DNA of 64,000 bases from Hyaloraphidium curvatum SAG 235-1 (Eukaryota > Fungi > Monoblepharomycota). Location: assembly GCA_025558095.1 (NCBI GenBank), contig JAIVFI010000015.1, positions 248,001 through 312,000 on the forward strand, read 5' to 3'. The notes beneath the pieces are model-generated. The model was not told where the DNA came from. It ran no database searches and saw nothing but the letters and a program-made list of their open reading frames with translations. Position 1 is the first letter of the stretch, and every line of letters begins with the position of its first letter. The position numbers and the translations under genes are program-made. Below are positions 34,054 through 44,358 of the stretch, in pieces.

Positions 34054-36281
34054 ATGGCCGCCGAAATTCCCGTAGGAGGGCAGGGGGTTGGGGCGGACCA
34101 GGCTGGTCCAAACTCTGCGAAGCCACCGAGCGGCATCTCGCCGGGCACGGCCAGTGGCGGCGAAACAGAGCTGCGAAGCGGCAAGGACGCGGACTCTGGG
34201 ATGCGTGCCGACGCTGCCGAGAAGGAATTGGCCGAGGCCAGGGCCGAGCTTCAGGTGCGTTGATTCCGTCCCCGACGTCGGCAGTGGTTGCTCACAGTGC
34301 GGTCAAGATGGAACGGGAAACAGCGGACTTGCAGCGCCGCATCGATCGGGAGACCATCGCACAGCAAGCTGCGGTCATCAACTCTCTGCGTGTGAAGCTG
34401 CACCGGCTGTTTTTCGGCGTCAAAGAAGCGTTGCAATTCCTCGGAGCTGCCGAAGGCCTGGCTGCGGACCTGAAGGGCTCTGCCGACCATGAGAGCCGTC
34501 ACAATGCCGGCAGTGTGGATGACAGCCAGCCGATCGTGTGCGAACGGACGGGCAGCACGCTCTCGTTCTCCGCGAGGGACCGACGGCGAAACATCGAGAT
34601 GCAGCTCACCGAGAGGGCTCGCTTGGCTTGCGTGCACCTCAGAAAGGCCGAGATGAACGTCGGAGATGTTTTTAAAGCGACGCAGGTCGAGCCGTTGGCA
34701 GGACCTGCCGAGGCGGATGCGAACGTCGGAGATCTCCCCCCGCTGCCATTGGATGTGGAAAGCGGGACCGACAACGTCCCACTGAGCTCACTGAAGGCCG
34801 ACAAGAGGCCCGAGCACACTCCACGATCGGATGCTTCCAGGACACCTGATGTGAAGATTGACCTGCAGTTCTCGCTGACGGGATCTAGTGAAGAAGGCGA
34901 TCTCGGCAACTCATCGTTTGCGACCCCGTCAGCTACACAAGTCAGGGACGATTGTGTGTCGTGCAAACGGCTGTCTTCGCAGCTGGAGCAGAACAAGGAC
35001 CTCGTTGCGACGTTGCGCACGGAGCTCCGCCGAGTGTGGGCTGGCCTTGCAGAGGAACGGGCCCACCGGGAGAAGGCGCAGATGTCCAAAGACATTCTCG
35101 AGCAGGAGCTCGAAGAATTGACTGCACAGCTGTTTGACCAGGCGAACCGCATGGTCGTGGAGGAGACACGTCTCCGCGTCGAACTGGAGACGGCAAACAG
35201 GGACCTAAACAACCAGATCCTGCGTTTGACACACGATCTGAAGGCGCGGGATGATATGCTAAGGAGTTTTAATCATCACGGCCATAATCACCATGGTCAA
35301 GGGGACGGAAGGAGGAGAGCACGGTCCTCGAAGTCGAGCCTGTCCGCAAGCCGGCCAGACCTTGCCGTTTCCGCGGCCGGAGCTCCAGCCAAGCGGGCAG
35401 TTTCGGTCTCGACGTCCTACCTGAGGGGCTCCAAAGACAACGTGTCGACTCCTGCCACCTCAGCACAATCGCTGGTCGAAGACATTGCGCCCGTAACGTT
35501 TGTCGACGCTGTTCTGCTTGCCGAATTCGCGGACCATCTTAAGGTCGCCAACTCTTTGCTTCCGTACAACCCGGTGGAGGCGCACTCGACAGCTTTCCTG
35601 AGGCGGTGCTTGGTTGAGGATGTCGAGCCGTGCCTCTTTTTCAGCTTTGGCAGCGGTCTCTCGGGAGGGAACTTGTGGAAGGTGGCATCCACCCTTGCCA
35701 CGGGGCTGAAGAAGCGCCTTCTGGAAACTGTTGTTGCCGGCAACTGCCATGTGCGCCCCACCTCCGAGGACGGCGCAGCGACGCAGTCGTCGTTGGTTCT
35801 CTCCAACAACAGTCTGCAAGTTGCTCAAAAGATCAAGGAGGCCATCACGGACGTGCAGCCCAACTTTGCCCCTCCTAGCACGCAGCAGAAATGCTGGCTT
35901 TGCTCAGGGATGCGGGAATGCGACCACCGTCTGTTCTTGCACCCTTCATCCAGCGCCTCCCAATCCCGGGAAGCCAACGGCGATGCCGAAGACGTTGCTT
36001 TGCCCGAGGGTGGGCAATTGATATGCCTTTGGTGCAAGGAGCGGATCAACGCGGTGCGCGCTTTCTATGAGTTCATGAGATCCTTGCAGATAGCCCCGAA
36101 TCCGGAGGCTAGCGAGCTGGAACTGTTTCGGCAGGCCATCACTTGTCGGCAGCAGATGGCGATCGCTCGGGTGGGAAGCATCAGCGGCGGTGCCCCGGGC
36201 GACGACGTTTCCCCAGGGCTGTGGTCACCTTGCCCCTGGTTTTCCGAACACTGGGAATCGAAGGCACGATTGGTCAGGTAG
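34054..36281 (+). CDS. SEC2: Sec2-like Rab GEF, 1 early intron
   Basis: LEQELEELTAQLFDQANRMV Sec2 motif; FLRRCLVEDVEPCL; C-terminal CWLC...CLWCKERI..V..FY.F. Confidence 0.85.
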
Positions 36282-36359
36282 CATCCCATCAATGTATAGC
36301 AATGTGTACATGTTCCACGTCATTCAATCAATCGAGATACTTCGGTGCCCCCACGCAAC

Positions 36360-36975
36360 TCAGTGCCTCGCCTTCAGCAGACCCAGCCGGGGAATATCGA
36401 TCTTGGGGCACCTGCAGGAGCGTCAGAGCTTCGTGGTGCATCAAGTTGCCCGGCGCCCGTACCGATTCTGGACAAAGAACACGCCATTCTCCTTCGCTTT
36501 GGCGGCCGCTTGCTCGTTCTGGACTCCGAGCTGCAACCAGACTTTCTTGGAACCCACAGCAATGGCCTCCTCGGTGACTACCAAGGCATCGGCGGAGTTC
36601 CGGAACACGTCGACCATCTTGCAGCGTCCATCAATTAGGGAACCAAGGCATAGTTTCTCGTCCGACCCACGTCCGGGACCACGGGAAGCTCCTTCAAGGT
36701 TGCATAGACTTTCGTGCCGTGGATCTCCTTTCCGGCCTCGGCGGGATTCACGGGATAGACGTCGTAACCTTGCCCCTGCAAGAAATGAAACACCTGCCGT
36801 CCACGAGGATAAGTTCGGCCGCCTGGCACGATAAGTTCGGCCGCCTGGCACAACCTTTCGCACTTACCTCATTGCTGGGCCGATCGGGCTTTGAGCTGGC
36901 TCCGACCACGGCAATGGTCTTCACGGAGCCAAAGAGCTCGCGGAGCTCCGCATCGGAAGGCGGTACGTATGACAT
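36360..36975 (-). CDS. CoA-binding protein, YccU-like (CoA_binding_2), 3 introns
   Basis: [16 protein letters not shown] / GYDVYPVNP / D/MVDVFRNS...VWLQLGV...[12 protein letters not shown]. Confidence 0.9.
36809..36852. repeat. Perfect 22-bp tandem duplication inside an intron
   Basis: gataagttcggccgcctggcac occurs twice in succession. Confidence 0.85.
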
Positions 36976-37183
36976 CGAGAGTGTGTTGTGGGCGCAGGAC
37001 GCGGCGTCGATCTGGGCGTCGATCATCGAAGCTTCGCGAAGAGCCTGGCGCACACCTTCATTCCATCTGCATTTCGGGCCATCGTCTAACGAAAGGGCTA
37101 GCCGAGGATCTCTTTAGATCGGACGAAGCTCACGCGGCGGACATCAGTCCACGAGCGGTTCTCCGCTACATTCGGACGTTACA

Positions 37184-39440
37184 ATGGTGGGGAACCTGCA
37201 ACTTCCCCGGCAACCCAACACTAAACGCGGTCTTCGTACCGGTAACCCACCATTCTTGTGTCTTCCTCCGCCTTTCTGTGTCCTGCCAAGGCGGAGGAGC
37301 TCAAAGCGAAAGGGAACAAGGCCTTCGCGTCGGGCGACTACGATGGAGCCGTGAAGGCGTTCACCGAAGCCATCGCCGTGGATCCGAAGAACCATGTGCT
37401 CTACTCCAACAGGTAGCATTGCCATTTCTTGCTGATCGGGATCACCGTTTGCTTCTCGGCCTCCCCTCATTGCCTTTCCTCTCCAAAGGTCTGCGGCTTA
37501 CGCTAGCCTCCACGACTACGCCAAGGCTCTCGAGGACGCGCAGAAGACCGTGTCCTTGAAGCCGGACTGGGCGAAGGTGGGCACTGGCCTTCATCGTTGT
37601 TTGACGGCCAGCGACAAACTCTGATCTCTTTTGTCAGGGCTACTCCCGCCAAGGCGCCGCCCTTCACGGCCTGAAGCGATTCGACGAAGCTGAGAAGGCA
37701 TACCGCGAGGGGCTGAAAATCGAGCCGGAGAACGCTCAGCTGAAGAAGGGTCTCGAGGAAGTTGAGCGCAATGCTACTGGGGGCATGTTCGGTGGGTCTT
37801 CCGCCTTTCGCACTAGGTGGACGCTGCTCACTGCTCGTGGTCCTTCTGTAGAAGGACTTTTCGGTCCTGATCTGGTGGACAAGATTGCCAAGGACCCGAA
37901 GCTGGCCCCTTACCTTTCGCAGCCGGACTTTATGGCCAAAGTCAAGGCAGTCCAGGCCAACCCCAACCGCATCTCCGAATACCTGCAAGATCCTCGAATG
38001 ATGCAGCTCTTCTCGTCGCTGCTCGGGATCGGCAACATGGGCATGGGCGGTTTCGGAGGCAAGGACGGCGAAGCGATGGACATGGAGATGCCGGACTTTT
38101 CTGCATTTGCAAAGGAGCCGACGGCGAACGGCACCCACGCCAAAGCCGAAACGGGGACGAAGCCGGCCGCGTCCGCGGCATCCTCGTCTAAAATTGAGGA
38201 GGTCACCGAGGAGGAGGCTATGGAGGTGGAGGAGGTCAACGAGGAGGAGAAACAGAAGCGGGAAGCGCGCGCCGCGTCCGACAAGGAAAAGGAGATCGCC
38301 AACGGGCTCTACAAGAACAAGAAGTTCGACGAGGCGCTGGAGCACTACGAAAAGGCGCTCGAGCTGGATCCGTCTAACATCGCCGCTTTCTCCAACAAAT
38401 CGGCCGTGTACTTTGAGATGGGGAAGTATCAGGACGCGATCAAGACCTGCGAGGACGCGATCGAAGCGGGGAGGGAGCACCGTGCGGATTACACTCTGAT
38501 CGCAAAGTTGGGCCACCGAACTGGCGTTGCCTCGCAGGCGTTTGACGGTTGGATCTCTTCCGCAGGCTTTTCGGCAGGATGGGCAACGCCTATCTGAAGC
38601 TGGACGATCTCGACAATGCCATCAAGTTCTTCAACAAGTCCCTCACCGAGCACCGCACCCCCGACATCCTGACGAAGCTTCGCGACACCGAGAAGCTGAA
38701 AACGCAGCGCGCCAAGGATGCGTACCGGGACCCGGCCCTCGCGGAAGCTGCCCGCGAACGCGGCAACGACTTTTTCAAAAAGGGACAATGGCCCGATGCC
38801 GTGAAGGAGTACACGGAGGCGATCAAGCGCAACGAGGACGATCCCCGCAGCTGGTCCAACCGCGCTGCCTGCTACATCAAGCTGATGAGCATTCCGGAGG
38901 CGGAGAAGGACGTGGAGGAGGCGCTGAAGCGGGATCCCGAGTTTGTCAAGGCGTACATTCGGAAGGCCCAGTGCCAGATGGCCCGGCGCGACTTTGTCAA
39001 GGCCATGGAAACGCTCGAGGTTGCCCGCTCCAAGGACAAGGACGGCAAGAACAGCGTGGAGATTGGTCAGCAGGTGTGTGGCGCCGGCGCCAGACGCGCG
39101 GCGCACGACGCCCTGTCTCACATAGCTCTCTATAGGCGGCCAAGGCTCAGGGGATGCTGTACCAATCATCGATGGCCGCGCAGTCGGAAGGCAACAAGGA
39201 GGAAGTGCTCAAGAATGCCATGCAAGACCCGGAGGTCCAGCGCATCCTGTCGGATCCGGTGATGAGGCAGATTTTGAACCAGATGGAAACGGATCCCAAC
39301 TCGATCCAGGAGTACGTTGATCGTCGCTGACGGCACGTTTTGTAGACTCATGGTTCTTCGCACCCAGTCACATGAAAAACCCGCAGGTCTCAGCAAACAT
39401 CCGCAAGCTGATGCAGGTCGGAATCCTTCGAACCGCGTAG
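37184..39440 (+). CDS. STI1: Hsp70/Hsp90 co-chaperone STI1/HOP, multi-exon
   Basis: [12 protein letters not shown]...[11 protein letters not shown]1; DPRMMQ; [15 protein letters not shown]2A; [12 protein letters not shown]2B; [20 protein letters not shown]. Confidence 0.95.
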
Positions 39441-39484
39441 ATGAATGGTATCGTGTTGTACACTCAGGTCTGATGTCATCTGTC

Positions 39485-39585
39485 TGGAGGGAGAGAGGTT
39501 GGTCAACTCCTCCGTGAATGCTCAGGACCCGAGAAAGCCCTGCCCGAGAGCAATCCACACTCACCCATTCAGGTTCACGCCGGGT
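39485..39585 (-). ncRNA. Candidate omegaRNA scaffold downstream of the Fanzor stop
   Basis: Nested stems by eye on the minus strand: CGUGAA/UUCACG enclosing UGCUC/GAGCA and GGGC/GUCC, then a GGAGGAG..CUCUCUCC-type hairpin. The position fits the Fanzor omegaRNA. Confidence 0.35.
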
Positions 39586-39589
39586 CGTT

Positions 39590-40450
39590 TTATCCGGCAG
39601 TTCCGCGCAACGCAGCGGGGTGGGTGAAGGTGGCAGGCCGCTGGCCGGTGGCGATGATGTGCAAGAACACTCGAATGAGGCACAGCGTCGCCGACCGATT
39701 CTTGTTGACTTCGAGCTTGTCCTTGAAGCCGTGCTTGTCCGAGCGGCCGGTACAGGACGGGCAGACCTTGTGCTCGACGTCGCCCTTGCGCAGAGGGTAC
39801 GCCTTGAGTTCCGAGAGGCACGTGGGGCACCGCTGCGACGTGTTGTGCTCGCCGAGCATCACCACCAGGAAGTGGCGCGAGAGCAGCTCGGCGATGCCGC
39901 CGCGGTACGGCATCTTCGACGACGAGCCCTGGCCAGCGCCGCAGAGAACCGGCGTCGCTGCATGCGGGGATCACGGGAGTATGAGACTCAAACGGGGCCC
40001 GAACGATGGGGCAAAGGTCCATCCCCAAGAATCTCGGCCGATCGGGACTCAAGTTATCGGGATCGCAGCAGTGCGAGGCAATTTCCTGGGTTCCCGTATG
40101 AGGTTTGTTAGTGGTCGCACGGAGCGCAGAGCTGGACCCTTGCGCGTCGAGCCGACAAGTCAAACCTCCCTTTTGAGCGGCGCTCCCCGGCGCATACCGC
40201 GCCCAAGGCTAGGCGGATCCCCGCCGGACGCAGCCCGCGTGGAAGGGAGTTCAAGAGGCACGCACAGGTTGCCTTCCACCGGCCGCCGCGGGCTCTCCGC
40301 GCGACCAGGACCCAGCATGGCGGCGCGGACCGGCGACGGCCAAGTAGACCACCACCATCCCGCCTCATCAACCTGCGGGGCCCCGCCATTCGATACGACC
40401 CCACGGTCTATCCCTTCCGCCGCCAACGCTGGGTCTTCCGCGACTTCACA
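39590..40450 (-). pseudogene. Degenerate Fanzor (eukaryotic TnpB/IS200-IS605-type RNA-guided nuclease)
   Basis: RuvC-I-like GIDRGVV (40406-40414); RuvC-II GEHNTSQRCPTC; Zn ribbon CPTC...CPSC; RuvC-III-like VNKNRSA; terminal GQRPATF. Broken by frameshifts and stops. Confidence 0.78.
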
Positions 40451-40769
40451 CGCGGACGCGAGCGACGTCTTCTCGGGATACAGTTACGCCCGCACGTGAG
40501 CCAGCACGCAGGCTGCGCACACGGCTCTTGATACCAACCAGGCCCAGTAGCACTTCCGGCAGGAAGCCAAGGGGCTTGCCCCTCACGCAACGCCTGAAAG
40601 GTCGCCTGCTGAGAATCGCACACGAGCCAACTCGGTGGCCACTCGTTTCTGATCGTTCGCACGAGATTCTGCATTTGCTGGTTGTTCAATTGGTTGACCG
40701 ATTGAGGCATGAACGATGGCGCGAGTGTCTCCCAGCTGCCTGGCAGGGACATCTCGAAACCTGCCGGCG

Positions 40770-40952
40770 CTGCTCACCACAAACCCGGTCGCTTCCGGCG
40801 AAGCAAGCCTCGCCCTTTGGGACGCCGCTTTCGTCGCCGCCCTCGCAGACCTCGGCTTCCGCGTCATTACCTTCGATCCCCGCGGGGCCGGCATGTCCTC
40901 GCACCCCGCAGGCCCGTACACGCTCGAGGAGATGGCAGCGGACTGCGCCGCT
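40770..40952 (+). pseudogene. Fragment of an alpha/beta-hydrolase gene
   Basis: SLALWDAAFVAALADLGFRVITFDPRGAGMSSHPAGPYTLEEMAADCA, truncated by a G-rich tract before the GxSxG nucleophile. Confidence 0.7.
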
Positions 40953-41000
40953 GGGGGAAAGAAGGGGGGGGAGAAAGGGGGGGGAAGAGGGGGGGGCGGG
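40953..41000 (+). repeat. Purine-rich G-run tract (G-quadruplex/H-DNA potential)
   Basis: Four G-runs of 5-9 nt separated by short A-rich spacers. Confidence 0.75.
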
Positions 41001-41004
41001 TACG

Positions 41005-42312
41005 TCATCTGTCTTCCACGGCAAACTCTGCCATGATTGGGATATGGTCCGACGGAAAGTCCTCGTTCGGGATGCCGTTGAGCACAACCTCAACAGGCGG
41101 GACCTCCAAAACCGAGGTTCGTGTGACGCGGTACGGCTTGTCGTCCTCGTTGTTCTCCCTGATGACAAAGATGTAGTCCAAGGTCCCCGAAAACAGGCAT
41201 GACGTGCTGTAGACCGGCTCGCCGCGCCAACCCTCGGCCTCATTCCACCGCGGATCTCTCGAGTGTCGCGGATCGTGGACCATGTAGTCCTGATAGGCCG
41301 ATTCTAAACGGAGGGGGAACGCCTCGAGCTTAGAGAGCAGCTCGTTGGGCGGAAGCGGGTTTGGAGGGTAGGCCGAGTCCTGTTCCGGCTCGTCTTCGGC
41401 CGGGTCGTTCACGCCGAGTACGCCAAACGCCGTAATGTGCGGTTCCAGCTCCCTGACCGCTTCCGCGCGCCGCTCGGGAGCGGAAAAGTCGCAGGTGCGC
41501 GTGAGGGCCCGGTACAACACCGACGAGGGAACCGTATTAAAATCCCCTGACAAAAGTGTCGTCCATTGCGTGTTCGGGTCCAAACTGTCTCTGAACGAAA
41601 GGACCTCCGACAGTAGCACGTAGGCCTGTCGTGCGCGTTCGTACTTAGCCGTCGGGCGCCAGAAGAGGTGCAGATTCGCCACGATGAGGCCCCAGTTTTC
41701 CACCGTCGTCGATCGGAGCGCTGCGATCTGCGCGATGTTGTGTGTGTTGGGCCGCACGGGCGTCGGATGCGTGAGCCGGTGGCCGTCAAATCTGACTTCC
41801 GCCTGCTTCTCTCTCGTGAACGAGTCCCGCTTCCAAGCGATGAGGAGTCCGTGGCCGCCTGCGTCCTCGCCGGAAGCCTGGCCGTTGGCGTAAACGTCCT
41901 TTTCCTCGTTGACCTTTGCCTTCAGGCTGTAGAACGTGTCGTACGCCTTGAGTCCCGGTCTCACGACCGACTCGAAGTTGTCCACCTCCTGCAACGCCAT
42001 GACCGTGGGGGCCCGTTCCTCGATCTCGGCAAGGATGCGATCGAAGCGGTACTTTTGGCGCAGACACGCAGGGTTCGCGAAAGGATACAGCTCCCTCCGA
42101 ACAAGGCATTGCGCCAGAATGTTGAAGCTCAGGAAGGAGAACGTCAAGGCAGGGGAACGCGTTGAGGGGCTCCGTGTGGGAATCAGCTTCCGAGGGAACA
42201 CGGGGATCTTCGGCTCCGGGGGCTTCGGCAAGGCTCGCGCCGCTGCCCTCTCGGAGCGGATCCGCTCGATCTCCTCCGGCGTCCGAGAGACGTTTCGCGA
42301 GCCCTTCCCCAT
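41005..42312 (-). CDS. CCR4/Angel/Ngl2-family EEP nuclease/phosphatase
   Basis: SFNILAQCL, ALQEVD, NLHLFW, GDFN, GTLDYIF, PSDHIP. Confidence 0.9.
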   Translation of the reverse strand: MGKGSRNVSRTPEEIERIRSERAAARALPKPPEPKIPVFPRKLIPTRSPSTRSPALTFSFLSFNILAQCLVRRELYPFANPACLRQKYRFDRILAEIEERAPTVMALQEVDNFESVVRPGLKAYDTFYSLKAKVNEEKDVYANGQASGEDAGGHGLLIAWKRDSFTREKQAEVRFDGHRLTHPTPVRPNTHNIAQIAALRSTTVENWGLIVANLHLFWRPTAKYERARQAYVLLSEVLSFRDSLDPNTQWTTLLSGDFNTVPSSVLYRALTRTCDFSAPERRAEAVRELEPHITAFGVLGVNDPAEDEPEQDSAYPPNPLPPNELLSKLEAFPLRLESAYQDYMVHDPRHSRDPRWNEAEGWRGEPVYSTSCLFSGTLDYIFVIRENNEDDKPYRVTRTSVLEVPPVEVVLNGIPNEDFPSDHIPIMAEFAVEDR

Positions 42313-42673
42313 CCCAAACTTGGCCGTTCCACCCGCAGAGAGAAAGCTCCGATGCCGCGATGACGTCTCAAAAGGGATCGATGATCCGTGCGGTCTCGCA
42401 CGCGCTTCGCGACGACGAGTCACCAACGATTGAGCTGGTTCGAGGTCGATTTCGCAATATCGTCCCGTGCCAGATTCGTATCACTTGCTGGGATAGGCCC
42501 TCTTCGGCATCACGGGCTCTGACGGATTTGGGCCCACCTCCGCCGGCCATCACGAGGCATCGGGAGGAACGGCCCACCAGCACACCTTGCTCGCTGGTTC
42601 GCGGTGATATTGCAGCGCTGCCGCCGAAGGATTCTTGCTGGTTCACGGTCGTCAAACTGGTCGGCACCGCCCG

Positions 42674-44329
42674 ATGTCCGACCAATCTCCGCCTACGCAA
42701 TCGCCGGGCTCTCCCCTCGGGTCCCTGAAGCCGGTGCCCGATGCCCTCGTCTTTCTCGTCCACGGGATGGGGCAGCAGAATAACCAGATCGAACAATACG
42801 GGAACTTCCACAACAACCTGAAGGACGTCAGGGAAAATGCCGTTTCGCGCCTCAAGGAGCTGTACCCGGACCGAGACCTCCGCGTCGACATCGTTGGAAT
42901 TGAGTGGCACTCATCGTTCCATGCTGGGGAGGGCGGCGTGGACCGGCGGATGGAGCTCGTCACGCTCCCAAACATTCCCAGCATCCGGCTGGTCATGAAC
43001 GGCTGGCTCAGCGACGTGTGCTATTACTATACCCCGGCCGGCGGCCAGATATCGGCGATTGTCGCGGGCCTCATCAACTCGCACTATCAAGAGTTCCGGG
43101 CCGAGCACCCTTCCTTCTCGGGGCCTGTCTGCATCATCGGACACTCTCTCGGCGGAGTGATTTGCTTCGATCTCCTCACGCATCACGGCCGCTGTTCGCC
43201 AGTTTCCTGCCCGGGACCGCCCAGTTTCTCCGTGGATGACGTGGACGTCGAGCACCCGTATGGCTCGCCAAACAGTCTGGCAGCTTGCCACCCGCACATC
43301 CACTCGCCCTTCTTGGACTTCACGCCGTCCTACTTCTTCACATTGGGCGCTCCGATCGGTGCCGTACACGTCCAGCGGAACGCCTCTTTCCGCCGCACCT
43401 TCAGGGACTTGCCGTGCCCGATGGTCAACATATTCCAGAGCCACGATCCATTCGGCTACCGAATCGAGCCCTTGCTGTCAGCCGAGTACGCAAAGGTTCC
43501 GCCGGTGACCCTGGAAGCAGCGAAGCCCGCACCTTCGCAGGAGCTCGTTCCCGCCGGGGGTGGCTCCTCCTTGCGCGATTTCCTCACGATCACTGTGAAG
43601 ATGCCCGATTTCCTGTCTGTATCTCTGCCGCGTTTGAGTTTCCCCCTTTCGGGGATGCAGGTTCCGAGCATCACGCTCCCAAGCTTCAGCTTGCCGTCCG
43701 GCGGAGGACGAACCAACGTGCACCTGGAAGTGGACTACCAGATCCAGGACGACAGTCCTGGCGAGACTGGGGACACCGGCAAAAGGAAGAGGGATAGCGG
43801 TGGCGACGAGAGCACAAGCGTTCCCGGGGACGTCGAAGCCGCGGATCCGTCGGCGGCAAAGAGGACCCGACGGAGTGTCGGGACGTCCAATTTCTCGGAA
43901 GAGGGCGTCTTTACTCGGATTGGAAGCTTCATGCGCAGCTCGTTTTCTTCGTTTTCGTCGTTCCGAGCCGTCGTCGTGTCTGGGTCGGAGGCCGCGGCTG
44001 CGGCCACGATCTCCCCTCTGTCTGAGGACCTGACGTCGATTCTGGTGGAGGCTGGCATTGATGCCAAGGCGGCAGTAGAGCCTTCTGTCGACGCAAGCGA
44101 GCCTGCTGCACAAATGGCACAGGCCGCTGAACCTGCCCCGGCGATCGAACCTCCTTCGCCACGGCTGGACTATACCTTCGTCGCACAACAGTCGTACCTT
44201 GATGCCTTCTCCGCCAACGAGTACCTGAAGGGGATTAAGGGACACTTCACGTACTGGCGGTCGAAAGAAGCGATGACTTTGATGATGCGGACTGTCGCCG
44301 GTCTCATCGACGGGCCATCGTGTACGTGA
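42674..44329 (+). CDS. DDHD-domain phospholipase A1-like protein
   Basis: LVFLVHGMG, IGHSLGGVI.FDLL, FFTLGAPIG, NIFQSHDPFGYRIEPLL, RLDY, GHFTYW. Confidence 0.9.
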   Translation: MSDQSPPTQSPGSPLGSLKPVPDALVFLVHGMGQQNNQIEQYGNFHNNLKDVRENAVSRLKELYPDRDLRVDIVGIEWHSSFHAGEGGVDRRMELVTLPNIPSIRLVMNGWLSDVCYYYTPAGGQISAIVAGLINSHYQEFRAEHPSFSGPVCIIGHSLGGVICFDLLTHHGRCSPVSCPGPPSFSVDDVDVEHPYGSPNSLAACHPHIHSPFLDFTPSYFFTLGAPIGAVHVQRNASFRRTFRDLPCPMVNIFQSHDPFGYRIEPLLSAEYAKVPPVTLEAAKPAPSQELVPAGGGSSLRDFLTITVKMPDFLSVSLPRLSFPLSGMQVPSITLPSFSLPSGGGRTNVHLEVDYQIQDDSPGETGDTGKRKRDSGGDESTSVPGDVEAADPSAAKRTRRSVGTSNFSEEGVFTRIGSFMRSSFSSFSSFRAVVVSGSEAAAAATISPLSEDLTSILVEAGIDAKAAVEPSVDASEPAAQMAQAAEPAPAIEPPSPRLDYTFVAQQSYLDAFSANEYLKGIKGHFTYWRSKEAMTLMMRTVAGLIDGPSCT

Positions 44330-44358
44330 AGCCAGCTAACTTAGACAGGCCCTTTACA

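Noticed and set aside
39440-41004. Terminal inverted repeats, TSD or Helitron ends for the Fanzor element
   Set aside because: No convincing matching termini were found by inspection; the boundaries need multi-copy alignment.
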